From an uncultured Fidelibacterota bacterium (GTDB lineage: Bacteria > Fidelibacterota > Marinisomatia > Marinisomatales > TCS55): a DNA stretch of 64,000 nt. The stretch is taken from contig CACMQQ010000007.1 in NCBI GenBank assembly GCA_902615915.1, positions 2,836 to 66,835 of the forward strand, written 5' to 3'. A program made the translations under genes and the position numbers. Each line of letters begins with the position of its first letter. Within the stretch, counting starts at the first letter, position 1. The notes beneath the pieces were generated by a model. It saw only the letters and a program-made list of their open reading frames with translations. It ran no database searches and was not told the DNA's origin. Positions 1-9,746 of the stretch are shown here, piece by piece.

Positions 1-203
1 TCGATGATGGCTTTGTGGGCTTCTTCAATAAATTTCTTTCTCAAAAGTAGATCCTGAGGGGGGTACCCAAGTAAAGATAGCTCAGGAAATACAATAAGTT
101 GAGCTCCTAATTTTTTTGCTTTTTCATACCAAATTAAATGTTTTTCTTTGTTTTTATTTATCGCTCCTACGGTTGGATTAATTTGACAGATTGCTACTTT
201 CAT
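1..203 (-). CDS. nadE: NAD+ synthetase (glutamine-dependent), N-terminal CN-hydrolase domain. Partial: the gene starts at 203 and runs off the left window edge.
   Basis: Not in the ORF track. The reverse-strand translation from the ATG at 203..201 reads MKVAICQINPTVGAINKNKEKHLIWYEKAKKLGAQLIVFPELSLLGYPPQDLLLRKKFIEEAHKAII, open to the edge. The pattern (A.CQ.NP.VG....N......A...GA.L.VFPEL.L.GYPP.DLLL) is typical of the NadE amidotransferase domain. Confidence 0.6.
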   Translation of the reverse strand, partial: MKVAICQINPTVGAINKNKEKHLIWYEKAKKLGAQLIVFPELSLLGYPPQDLLLRKKFIEEAHKAII

Positions 204-1493
204 TTATGGTTCAAGCCTATACATAGTTCTAGGATAGGGAATTGTTTCTCTGATATGTTTTGTTCCAGAAATCCATGCAACTGTTCTTTCAATGCCAAGT
301 CCAAATCCCGAATGTGGTACGGAGCCAAATTTTCTTAAATCAAGATACCATTTGAAATGTTCGATTGGAAGATTATGCTCTTTGATTCTATTTATAAGAA
401 TCTCATAATCATCCTCCCTTTGACCTCCGCCAACTATCTCTCCGTAACCTTCTGGTGCGATCATGTCAACACCTAACGCTAGATTTAAATTTTTTGGATC
501 TCGCTTCATATAAAATGCTTTTGATTCGGCTGGCCATCTATGAACCATTACCGGTTTTTGATACTGGTTTGATATGATGGTTTCATCATTAGCTCCAAAA
601 TCAGAACCGTATTCAAAATCTACATTATTATTTTTCAAAATTTCAACTGCATCATCATATGTTATTCTAGGAAATGGCAATGTTATATTTTCTAGCTTTT
701 TTATATCTCTTTCAAGCGTCTCAAGTTCATTTCTACAATGCTCAAGACAGTGCCCTATAACATATTCCACATGCTTTTCAGCCCAATCCATGTTTTGCTC
801 TAAATCGCAATATGCCATCTCGGGCTCCACCATCCAAAATTCAGTTAAATGTCTCCTAGTTTTTGATTTTTCCGCTCTAAAAGTTGGTCCAAAAACATAT
901 ATATTGCCAAATGCCATCGCGCTAGATTCGCCATACAGCTGTCCACTCTGAGTTAAGTATGCAGATCTATCAAAATAATCTAATTCAAAGAGAGTACTTG
1001 TTCCTTCAACTGAGTTTGCTGTTAGTATTGGAGAATCTACAAGAATAAAGCCATTATTATCGTAAAAGTCTCTTGTTGCCTTTATAACTTGATGTCTAAT
1101 CTTCAATATTGCATTTTGTTTTTTTGACCTAAGCCACAAATGTCGATTTGTCATTAAAAAATCAGTCCCATGGTCTTTTTTTGAAATTGGATATTCATTT
1201 GAAAGCTGATGAACAATTATGTTGGACACTGATAACTCAACCCCACCTACTGATCTTGGCTCTTTTCTAACGTTGCCAAAAACTGAAACTGAGGATTCTT
1301 GTGTTAATGTTTCTTCCAACTTGAATACCTCATCATCAACATCATTTTTGACCGTAACGCATTGCAAATACCCTGATCCATCGCGCAATATTAGAAACCA
1401 TATTTTTCCAATCGATCTAATATTATATACCCATCCATTGATCTTAACATTTTCGTCAAGATGATTAACTAATTCAGATATTCTTATTTTCAA
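204..1493 (-). CDS. asnS: asparaginyl-tRNA synthetase
   Basis: 429 aa class IIb aaRS with an N-terminal OB fold (GWVYNIRSIGKIWFLILRDGSG). It carries the AsnRS-type motif FRAEKSKTRRHLTEFWMVEPEMAY and the C-terminal GFGLGIERTV. Confidence 0.92.
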   Translation of the reverse strand: MKIRISELVNHLDENVKINGWVYNIRSIGKIWFLILRDGSGYLQCVTVKNDVDDEVFKLEETLTQESSVSVFGNVRKEPRSVGGVELSVSNIIVHQLSNEYPISKKDHGTDFLMTNRHLWLRSKKQNAILKIRHQVIKATRDFYDNNGFILVDSPILTANSVEGTSTLFELDYFDRSAYLTQSGQLYGESSAMAFGNIYVFGPTFRAEKSKTRRHLTEFWMVEPEMAYCDLEQNMDWAEKHVEYVIGHCLEHCRNELETLERDIKKLENITLPFPRITYDDAVEILKNNNVDFEYGSDFGANDETIISNQYQKPVMVHRWPAESKAFYMKRDPKNLNLALGVDMIAPEGYGEIVGGGQREDDYEILINRIKEHNLPIEHFKWYLDLRKFGSVPHSGFGLGIERTVAWISGTKHIRETIPYPRTMYRLEP

Positions 1494-1510
1494 TTTTTAA
1501 TTCCTTTTAC

Positions 1511-2059
1511 TTACCAGGTTGTCATTATTTCATTTAATACATCTTCAGCTATTTTTTCAATTGCAACTTTTGTTGCAAATTGTCGAGGATCCCCAAATTC
1601 ATTATCGTCCTCCCCATCGATCAAACCATCGCCATCGTTGTCTATACCATCAGAGCTTATATCTCCAGATAAACCATAAGCTCCCCAGCCGCTAAATGTT
1701 CTCTTTAATAAATTTTTTTCATTCTTTACATCAAACCATTCTAAGCTCATTTGTACTGTAAATCTATACTCTGTTACAGCTTCTTCTTTTGTAAAAGTAT
1801 AAGGTGCGTCGGTTATCCTAACAATCTTACCTCTTAAGATTGAGTTTGCATCTTCTTCATTTGTAATTTTTAAGATATTCTCTTTTGAAAAGATATTTAA
1901 TAGATTTTCAGTGACAGATTCGCTGATACCAAATTCAGATGTCTGATTTTCAACAATAGGAATAGCTATAGAGTTTATGTGTGGTGGTATGCTACCAGCT
2001 AAAGAATAGTATCTGCAAGATAGTATTAAAGTAAATATGAAAAATTTAAAATTTTTCAA
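1511..2059 (-). CDS. LptE-like LPS-assembly lipoprotein with an Asp-rich insert
   Basis: 182 aa with a signal peptide and lipobox-like LILSC. The body resembles the LptE family (IAIPIVENQTSEFG..., LRGKIV). It lies immediately downstream of a sigma-54 activator and overlaps it, as in Bacteroidota. It contains DGIDNDGDGLIDGEDDNEFGD. Confidence 0.5.
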   Translation of the reverse strand: MKNFKFFIFTLILSCRYYSLAGSIPPHINSIAIPIVENQTSEFGISESVTENLLNIFSKENILKITNEEDANSILRGKIVRITDAPYTFTKEEAVTEYRFTVQMSLEWFDVKNEKNLLKRTFSGWGAYGLSGDISSDGIDNDGDGLIDGEDDNEFGDPRQFATKVAIEKIAEDVLNEIMTTW

Positions 2060-3257
2060 TTTTTATTTTCCTGTCTAGCCCGTACTGATCAATCTTTCTG
2101 TATAAGGTTCTCTCACTAATTTCAAGAGATTTAGCAGTAGCCCTTCTATTATTTTTATAAAACTTCAAAGTTCTTTCAATGGCTTCTTTCTCTAAGTCTT
2201 CCATGGTTATATCACCAATTGACCTATTTTTTATAAATTGATCATCCTCTTGGTCAATCTTCAAATTATCAATTTTACTTGATTTGTCTTGACTGTATTC
2301 ACTTTCAAAAGATGGTAATAGCTTTAAGTCAGAGATATTTTGCGATGTTAATACTTGTTTGATGAATTCAACATCTTGTTTTAAAAGAAACAATTGCCTT
2401 AATATCAGCTCCCTTTCAGCTAAATCACTAGAATGATATGATAAAACCGGAAGGGATTTATTTTCCTTGTCATATTTAGAAATATTTAAGTGCATATTGA
2501 CCATTTCAGGGCTAATTCTCTGCCCTTTTTCTAAGACTAAAATGCTCTCAACAAAATTTTTTAATTCCCTGATATTGCCATTCCATTCTTGCTTTTTAAG
2601 TACCTTTATAGCTTCTGGCATAAACCCTCTATATGAGATATCATTTGAACGAGTAAATTCTAGGGCAAATCGCTCAACAAGCAAACTTATGTCTTCCAAG
2701 CGATCTCTAAGAGCTGGTAAATTAATATTAACCGTTTTAAGTCTATAAAATAAATCTTTTCTAAAAAGATTTTTATCTACTAAGTCAGATAGGTCTTTAT
2801 TAGTAGCAGCAATTATTCTAACGTCAGTCTTCATATGATTGGACGCTCCTACAGGAGTGAACTCACCGTTTTCAATTACTCTTAAAAGCTTGACTTGTGT
2901 ATCTATTGGGGTTTCACCGATTTCATCCAAAAAAATTGTACCTTTATTTGCAGTTTCGAAATAACCTTTTCTATCACCCCTAGCATCAGTATAAGCACCT
3001 TTTTTATGGCCAAATAATTCACTTTCAATTATTCCTTCTGGTATGGCGCCACAATTTACTGTTATTAGCTTTTGGTTTGATCGTTTGCTTGCTTGATGTA
3101 AAGCTTTTGCGATTTTTTCTTTACCAGTGCCAGATTCTCCAGTGACTAAAACAGAAATATTTACAGGTGCAACCTGGAGAATCATTTCGAGCACCTGATT
3201 AATAGCATCAGAATTTCCAATAATTCCAGTTTTTTGTTGTAAAAGATTTATATCCAT
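2046..3257 (-). CDS. sigma-54-dependent AAA+ transcriptional activator (no N-terminal sensor/receiver domain)
   Basis: Walker A is GESGTGKE. The GAFTGA-region variant reads ELFGHKKGAYTDA. Walker B is IFLDEIGE. The C-terminal Fis-type HTH reads RATAKSLEISERTLYRKIDQYGL. The AAA+ core begins about residue 10. Confidence 0.85.
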   Translation of the reverse strand: MDINLLQQKTGIIGNSDAINQVLEMILQVAPVNISVLVTGESGTGKEKIAKALHQASKRSNQKLITVNCGAIPEGIIESELFGHKKGAYTDARGDRKGYFETANKGTIFLDEIGETPIDTQVKLLRVIENGEFTPVGASNHMKTDVRIIAATNKDLSDLVDKNLFRKDLFYRLKTVNINLPALRDRLEDISLLVERFALEFTRSNDISYRGFMPEAIKVLKKQEWNGNIRELKNFVESILVLEKGQRISPEMVNMHLNISKYDKENKSLPVLSYHSSDLAERELILRQLFLLKQDVEFIKQVLTSQNISDLKLLPSFESEYSQDKSSKIDNLKIDQEDDQFIKNRSIGDITMEDLEKEAIERTLKFYKNNRRATAKSLEISERTLYRKIDQYGLDRKIKIEKF

Positions 3258-5258
3258 TCAAACTGAGCCTATTACTTCTTTTTCCAAAAGCGATATTTCA
3301 TCTCTAAGCTTTGCAGCTTTTTCAAAGTGATAGTTTTCTGCCGCATTTAGCATTTCTTCGCGCATCATTTCAATTGCAAGTTTTTTGTCTATTTGAGTAA
3401 AATTATCACGTTTGCTATTTTTTATTTTGCTAGAAAATTTTTTTAAATCTGATTCTTGCTCATTTTGTGACATTAAACTGCTATCTATTAATTTATTAAT
3501 AGTAGAAGGTATAATATCATTTTCTAAATTAAATCTTTTCTGAAGATCTCTTCTTCTAGAAGATTCATCTATAAGATATTGCATTGCTTCAGAAATTTTA
3601 TCTGCATACAAGATTACTTTGCCTTGCATGTTTCGCGCAGCTCTACCTGCAACCTGCATAAGAGAACTTTTAGAGCGCAAAAATCCTTCTTTGTCAGCAT
3701 CAATTACTGCTACCAATGAAACTTCTGGTAAATCCAGGCCTTCTCTTAAGAGATTTATACCAACCAGAACATCAAATTCACCTAATCTTAGATCTCGTAG
3801 AATTTGAACTCTCTCTAAAGTGTCAATTTCGCTATGTAAATATCTTACTTTTAAATTAACACCTCTTAAATAATCAGTTAAATCTTCAGACATTCTTTTT
3901 GTTAATGTAGTAATTAAGACTCTTTCTTTAGTTTTAACTCTAATTTTAATTTCATTTATTAAGTCATCAATTTGACCATCAGATTTTCTAACCTCTACAA
4001 TTGGATCCAATAAGCCAGTTGGCCTAATTAACTGCTCAACAACAACACCTTCAGCAAGCTCAAGCTCTCTGTTTGATGGAGTTGCAGAAACATAAAGTAA
4101 TTGATTTTGAGTTTCAAAAAACTCATTTATTTTCATGGGTCTATTATCTAAAGCACTTGGAAGTCTAAATCCATGCTCAACAAGATTCATTTTTCTTGCT
4201 CTATCTCCATTATACATAGCCTGAATTTGCGGTAATGAAACATGGGATTCATCAATAATTGTAATAAAATCATTTGGGAAAAAATCTATAAGCGTATAAG
4301 GTCTTTCTCCTGGCTTCCTTCCTGAAAAATATCTTGAATAATTTTCAATTCCAGAACAGTAGCCCACCTCCATCATCATTTCTAAATCAAAATTTGTCCT
4401 CTGTTCAAGTCTCTGAGCCTCTAAAAGTTTATCATTTTTCTTTAATTCGTCTAATCTTGCGACTAAGTCTGTGCTTATTTCTTTAACAACTCTATTGATT
4501 GTATTTTGATCTGTGACAAAGTGTTTTCCAGGATAAATGATTTCATGTCCATGTTCGCTAAGTATTTCTCCAGTAAGAGGATAAAACCTGTAAATTTTCT
4601 CTAATTCAGAACCAAAAAATTCTAGACGCACTCCAACATCCTCATACGCCAAAAAAATGTCTACGACATCACCTCGAACTCTAAAATTACTTCTTTCGAA
4701 TGATGAATCATTTCTAGAATAATGAATATTGACTAATTCTTTAAAAAGTTTTTTTCTATCAATATTCATCCCTTTTTTTAAATGAATAACTTTATCCTTA
4801 TATTCATCTGGAGAACCAATGCCGTATATGCATGAAACAGAACTGACGACAATAACATCTTTTCTGCTTAATAAAGAGCTAGTAGCCTTTAATCTTAGTA
4901 TATCAATTTCTTCATTGATTGACATATCTTTTTCAATAAAAGTATCCGTAACAGGTAAATAAGCTTCGGGTTGGTAATAATCATAATAACTAATGAAATA
5001 TTCGACCGCATTATTAGGAAATAATTGTTTGAACTCACCATAAAGTTGAGCTGCTAAAGTTTTATTATGTGAAATAATAAGTGTTGGTTTTTGAACTTTT
5101 TCAATAACATTTGCCATTGTAAAGGTTTTTCCAGATCCAGTAATTCCCAATAAAACTTGATGCTTATCTCCATTCATTATACCATTGGATAATTGCTCTA
5201 TTGCAACTGGCTGATCTCCTGAAGGTGAGTATTCTGAATTAACAAAAAAATCTGACAT
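3258..5258 (-). CDS. uvrB: excinuclease ABC subunit B
   Basis: 666 aa with GITGSGKTFTMANVIEK, the DESHV helicase motif and a C-terminal UVR domain (YHFEKAAKLRDEI). Confidence 0.95.
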   Translation of the reverse strand: MSDFFVNSEYSPSGDQPVAIEQLSNGIMNGDKHQVLLGITGSGKTFTMANVIEKVQKPTLIISHNKTLAAQLYGEFKQLFPNNAVEYFISYYDYYQPEAYLPVTDTFIEKDMSINEEIDILRLKATSSLLSRKDVIVVSSVSCIYGIGSPDEYKDKVIHLKKGMNIDRKKLFKELVNIHYSRNDSSFERSNFRVRGDVVDIFLAYEDVGVRLEFFGSELEKIYRFYPLTGEILSEHGHEIIYPGKHFVTDQNTINRVVKEISTDLVARLDELKKNDKLLEAQRLEQRTNFDLEMMMEVGYCSGIENYSRYFSGRKPGERPYTLIDFFPNDFITIIDESHVSLPQIQAMYNGDRARKMNLVEHGFRLPSALDNRPMKINEFFETQNQLLYVSATPSNRELELAEGVVVEQLIRPTGLLDPIVEVRKSDGQIDDLINEIKIRVKTKERVLITTLTKRMSEDLTDYLRGVNLKVRYLHSEIDTLERVQILRDLRLGEFDVLVGINLLREGLDLPEVSLVAVIDADKEGFLRSKSSLMQVAGRAARNMQGKVILYADKISEAMQYLIDESSRRRDLQKRFNLENDIIPSTINKLIDSSLMSQNEQESDLKKFSSKIKNSKRDNFTQIDKKLAIEMMREEMLNAAENYHFEKAAKLRDEISLLEKEVIGSV

Positions 5259-5312
5259 AGTGACAAATTTAAGAGGAAAAATATATTCTAATCAATGGCA
5301 GAGTTTTAAAAA

Positions 5313-6602
5313 TTAATTGACAATATTTCCAATAAGTTCAAATTCAGTTGCATTGTCTATTTTAACATTGATAAAGGATCCTTTTTCAGCTAAGTCTTTA
5401 ATATGAACTATATTATCAACCTCTGGAGAATCAAACTCAGTCCTACCAATAGAGGTATTGGTTCCGTTCTTGTCAACAATTACTTTTAAAATATTACCAA
5501 TCATTTCTTTATTTTTGCTGAGACTTATTTCTGCTTGCAAATCAAGCAATTGACCTTTTCTTTCATTTTTAATTTCAGTAGGAATATTATCCTCAAGACT
5601 TTCTGCTAAAGTCCCTTCTTCTTCAGAGTATGTAAAGACACCGAGCCTGTCAAACTGATTCTCATCAATAAAATCATATAATTCTTTAAATTCATTATCA
5701 CCCTCACCAGGATAACCAACAATAACGGTCGACCTTATCTTAATTCCAGGTATATTTTTTTTTAAAAGGTCTATTCTTTTATTGATGCCATTACTGTCTA
5801 ATCCTCTTCGCATTGATTTTAATATTTTATCAGAACCATGTTGAACAGGAATGTCAATATATCTACAAAAATTACTTGCATTTGCTAACGCATCGATGAT
5901 TTTTAATGATAAATGAGCCGGGTGTGCGTAGTGCAACCTAAACCAGTCAATTCCAGATTTGTCAAGCTCTTTAATTAGATTTGCGAGTGACAACTTAGGT
6001 TTTAAATCCCACCCATAGGATGTAGAATCTTGCGCAATAACCATTATTTCTTTTACGTTATTATATAATAATTTTTCAACTTCCCACAATATTGAATCAA
6101 TAGATCTACTTTTTTGCAATCCTCTCATTAAAGGTATACTGCAAAAAGAACATCCGTTGTCACAACCTTCAGCTATTTTTAAATAAGCATAATGATTTGG
6201 CGTTAATAACGACCGATAGTAGTTCGGATCATCAGATATATGTTCTTTGCCAAAAAGGTATTTTATGATTTCATTTTGATTGGTAGTGCCAAAAAATTTA
6301 TCTACCTCCGGTATTTGTTTTGATAGTTCTTCTGGATATCTTTCGGATAAACATCCCATTACTACCAATTTTTTTAAGTTGCCCTTAGTTTTTAAACTAG
6401 CTGCTTCAAAAATTGTGTCGATTGATTCCTGCCTTGCAGAATCTAGAAAACCGCACGTATTGATAATGATTACATCTGCTTGGTTATGCCTATCTGTGAT
6501 TAAAACATTTTTTTTGTTTAAACTTCCAAGAAGAAGTTCTGAGTCAACTAATGCTTTAGCGCAACCTAAACTAATTAAACTTATTTTTTGCATATCTTTC
6601 AT
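5313..6602 (-). CDS. rimO: ribosomal protein S12 methylthiotransferase RimO
   Basis: The N-terminal ISLGCAKALVDSE is RimO-like rather than MiaB-like. It has the radical-SAM CDNGCSFCSIP motif and a C-terminal TRAM domain. Confidence 0.85.
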   Translation of the reverse strand: MKDMQKISLISLGCAKALVDSELLLGSLNKKNVLITDRHNQADVIIINTCGFLDSARQESIDTIFEAASLKTKGNLKKLVVMGCLSERYPEELSKQIPEVDKFFGTTNQNEIIKYLFGKEHISDDPNYYRSLLTPNHYAYLKIAEGCDNGCSFCSIPLMRGLQKSRSIDSILWEVEKLLYNNVKEIMVIAQDSTSYGWDLKPKLSLANLIKELDKSGIDWFRLHYAHPAHLSLKIIDALANASNFCRYIDIPVQHGSDKILKSMRRGLDSNGINKRIDLLKKNIPGIKIRSTVIVGYPGEGDNEFKELYDFIDENQFDRLGVFTYSEEEGTLAESLEDNIPTEIKNERKGQLLDLQAEISLSKNKEMIGNILKVIVDKNGTNTSIGRTEFDSPEVDNIVHIKDLAEKGSFINVKIDNATEFELIGNIVN

Positions 6603-6618
6603 TGGGTATAATATTCTA

Positions 6619-7173
6619 CTAAAAATTTAATCTCTTATATTCACGATAAAAAGTTTTCGTGTAAATAATTAAGCTTATAATTAATAAAAATGTTGATGAT
6701 AACAAAACCAATTCCTTAAGTCTTGGAAATGCATTCCAAGGCCATATATATAAAATTATTGCAAATGAGGTTACACCAGCTGACCATTTTCCCCACCAAT
6801 TTGCACTTAAAATAAAATCACTATTATTTAAAAAATAAATAGCAGAAACTGATATAATAAAATGTCTAATTACATAAAATAATAAAAACCAACCTGGAAA
6901 TCTATCAACCAATGATAAATATCCCAATACCGACACTATACAAACAAAATCTGCCATTGGGTCTATCCATTTGCCAAAATTCGTAACTGCACCGGATTTT
7001 CTAGCGACCCATCCATCCAATGCGTCAGAAAGTGTAGCAGTTAAAATTAATAAAAAAGTAACTGCCTCATACCCATCATAATTTAACGTGTATATGATTG
7101 GGATAGCCATCAATGCTCTACACAAACTGATAAAATTTGCTAATGTAGCAATTCTTGTACTGTTGTTCAGCAT
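6619..7173 (-). CDS. CDP-alcohol phosphatidyltransferase (PgsA-like)
   Basis: The family motif DGx2ARx8Gx3Dx3D is perfect in DALDGWVARKSGAVTNFGKWIDPMAD. The 184-aa protein is multi-TM. Confidence 0.85.
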   Translation of the reverse strand: MLNNSTRIATLANFISLCRALMAIPIIYTLNYDGYEAVTFLLILTATLSDALDGWVARKSGAVTNFGKWIDPMADFVCIVSVLGYLSLVDRFPGWFLLFYVIRHFIISVSAIYFLNNSDFILSANWWGKWSAGVTSFAIILYIWPWNAFPRLKELVLLSSTFLLIISLIIYTKTFYREYKRLNF

Positions 7174-7189
7174 TTAAATTGCAATTATT

Positions 7190-8479
7190 TTAATTAATAG
7201 TCTCAGATTCATCAATATTAAGTATATTATCACAATTATATTTTAAAAATTCAAAATCATGAGAAAAAATGATTAAATGCTTCTCTTGTTTAATTTTGCT
7301 TAATATATCAGAGTATATTATTTTTTGAGATATACCAAAATTATATGTGGGTTCATCCAATATTAATAAGTTGAAATTGCAGTTAAATAAAATAATTGTC
7401 AATACAGCTTTAACAACATAAGGAGATATTTCCTCAATAGGTAAATATTTATAAATCTCAATATCTATTGCTAAAGAGGAAAGATCATAGTTTATTTTTT
7501 TTATTTTATCTTTTTCAATTCTACCATGATATTTTAATTTTTCAATTATTTCAAAAAAAGAGAGTCCATTGTACAAATTTTCAGGAATTTGGTCCAATGT
7601 GCCCAAACTAGGCTTTTTAGAATTTATCTTTAATAATATTTGTCCGTTGATGGGACTTTCTATCTCAGATATCAGTTTAACCAAAGTAGATTTACCTGCT
7701 CCATTTTGACCTGTTATTCCAAGACAACTCATTCCTTTGCCATAGAATGAAAGGTCATTAAAAACAATTTTCTGAGAATTTAAATATTTAAATTTTAAAT
7801 TTTTTATCTTTAACGATAAAGAATTTTTCGTGATATTATTTTTCTTATATATTGGATTCTTAAGATTAGGATGGCAAAGATCATTTGAGCTTAACTCCCA
7901 AACAGTATCACCAAAATCTAAATCACTATATTCTGAAGTTAGCCAAACTACAATTGTGTCAACTTCGGAGAATTTTTTTGCTATCTTGAAGTATTTAGCT
8001 TTATTGATATTACTTACATAAAGCAATCCATTATTTATCACAAGAAGATTTGGGTTTATACTAAATGCGCTAAATAAATTCATTATTTGCATTTCACCAC
8101 AACTTAGTTTAGTGGGATGTAAATTCCAGTTTGAAATAAAATTTAAATTTTTTTTCAATTTTTTAAATTTTCGACTTAGTAGAAGTTGATCGTTCAAATT
8201 GCATTCCAAGCCAAATGCTAAATCTTCTTCAATTGTTTCACAAACAAAATATTCCAATGGATTGTGATCGATAATCTGGATATTTTCTGGAGAAATTATA
8301 TTTTTTAATTTAAAATTGCCTAAACCCTTACAAGTTTTGCTGATTAAAGCTTGAGCTAATCTTGTTTTTCCAATTCCACCTTCTCCATAAATCACATTTA
8401 TTCCTGACTTTAGATTGATATTTTTTTTTGTTTTTTTGTCATTATTGAAACAGATATCAAATGAAACCCGATCAGTCAT
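7190..8479 (-). CDS. tandem-NBD ABC-type ATPase with one degenerate site and no cognate permease nearby
   Basis: NBD1 has Walker A GEGGIGKT, signature LSCGE and a degenerate Walker B (LLVINNG). NBD2 has Walker A GQNGAGKST, Walker B LLILDEP, H-loop FSHD and a degenerate signature (ISPYV). It overlaps waaA by 8 nt. Confidence 0.7.
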   Translation of the reverse strand: MTDRVSFDICFNNDKKTKKNINLKSGINVIYGEGGIGKTRLAQALISKTCKGLGNFKLKNIISPENIQIIDHNPLEYFVCETIEEDLAFGLECNLNDQLLLSRKFKKLKKNLNFISNWNLHPTKLSCGEMQIMNLFSAFSINPNLLVINNGLLYVSNINKAKYFKIAKKFSEVDTIVVWLTSEYSDLDFGDTVWELSSNDLCHPNLKNPIYKKNNITKNSLSLKIKNLKFKYLNSQKIVFNDLSFYGKGMSCLGITGQNGAGKSTLVKLISEIESPINGQILLKINSKKPSLGTLDQIPENLYNGLSFFEIIEKLKYHGRIEKDKIKKINYDLSSLAIDIEIYKYLPIEEISPYVVKAVLTIILFNCNFNLLILDEPTYNFGISQKIIYSDILSKIKQEKHLIIFSHDFEFLKYNCDNILNIDESETIN

Positions 8480-9746
8480 TTAATATTCCTTCAACAACGC
8501 GTTTTGATGATCCAAGATTTTTATCAATAACGCTTTTTGACGAAAGGCTTGATTTAACCAATTGCTCTTTGTTGCTAAATAATGACTTAATTTCATTGTA
8601 AAAATCAGTGCTGTTATTAATTTTAAAACCTCCACCCGCACTAACTAACTGTTTAGCTTCCTGAGATTTGGTGTAGTTGGGACCAAAGAGTACTGGTAAT
8701 TTAGCTATGGCAGGTTCCATGACATTATGAATACCGCTTGAGGAAAATCCACCACCAATATATGCAATTTGCCCATACCAATAACTCTTGTAAAGTTGAC
8801 CTATAGTGTCAATTAAAATTATTTTCGATTTAATTTCATTTATTGCTTTTGATCCCAACCTTTCAATGCTAATATTTTTTTTTCTAAAGAAAATTTCAAT
8901 ATCAAGCATCCTACCTTCTACGATCTCATCAGTTGCCCAAATGCAACATAATTCATCATCATCCAAAATAAGTTTTAAAAGTGGCTCGATAATTATATCT
9001 TTATCAGAATTATGGATACTTCCTAGGATGATTCTTTTATTCCTTTTCATCAAGTCTTTATCTTTATTTATTTTTAAAGCATCAGATTTTTCTTTTACAC
9101 GATCAAATCTTGGATTTCCCATCGTCTTAATAATTATATTAGTTCTTTTAAATATTAAATTTTTTATTCTATCGGAATCATCGTCATTAATTGTATAAAA
9201 AGCAGATATGTTTGTGTAGAGAGATTTGTAAAAATTTTTCACTAACGACGAAAAGGTTTTTTTATGAAATGTAAATGTTGCTGCAAATATAACGATATGG
9301 ATTTTCTTTTGATATGCTGACCAAATAAAATTTGGCCAAATATCATAACCAGCAAAAATCAATTTTTTTGGCGAAATTATTTCAAAAACTTTTTTTGTTG
9401 TAAAATAAAAATCAAATGGAATATATATTATACAATCAACTAAATCATCTTTAACATTATCATAACCTGAAGGTGAAAAAAAACTTAATAGTACTTTAAT
9501 TCTCGGATTTGCATTTTTTATTCCATCTAAGACTGGTTTGATTTGCTCAAATTCACCATGAGAAGATGCGTGAAACCAATAAACTAAATCTTTTTCGTCC
9601 AAGTTGCTACTAAACGTTCTTATTTTTTTGATTGAAGCCAATCTTCCAAAAAAACCTTTTCTAATTTTTTTTACGAAAATGCTTCCTATTAGAAAAAAAA
9701 TCAAAACAAAAGGAAAGATTAAAAAGTTATATATGAGTTTCCACAT
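8472..9746 (-). CDS. waaA: 3-deoxy-D-manno-octulosonic acid (Kdo) transferase
   Basis: 424 aa with an N-terminal TM anchor. It has WFHASSHGEFEQIKPVL (the KdtA-type HA.S.GE motif) and a C-terminal GT-B half (GGSF-like GGGFSSSGIHNVMEPA). Confidence 0.8.
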   Translation of the reverse strand: MWKLIYNFLIFPFVLIFFLIGSIFVKKIRKGFFGRLASIKKIRTFSSNLDEKDLVYWFHASSHGEFEQIKPVLDGIKNANPRIKVLLSFFSPSGYDNVKDDLVDCIIYIPFDFYFTTKKVFEIISPKKLIFAGYDIWPNFIWSAYQKKIHIVIFAATFTFHKKTFSSLVKNFYKSLYTNISAFYTINDDDSDRIKNLIFKRTNIIIKTMGNPRFDRVKEKSDALKINKDKDLMKRNKRIILGSIHNSDKDIIIEPLLKLILDDDELCCIWATDEIVEGRMLDIEIFFRKKNISIERLGSKAINEIKSKIILIDTIGQLYKSYWYGQIAYIGGGFSSSGIHNVMEPAIAKLPVLFGPNYTKSQEAKQLVSAGGGFKINNSTDFYNEIKSLFSNKEQLVKSSLSSKSVIDKNLGSSKRVVEGILND

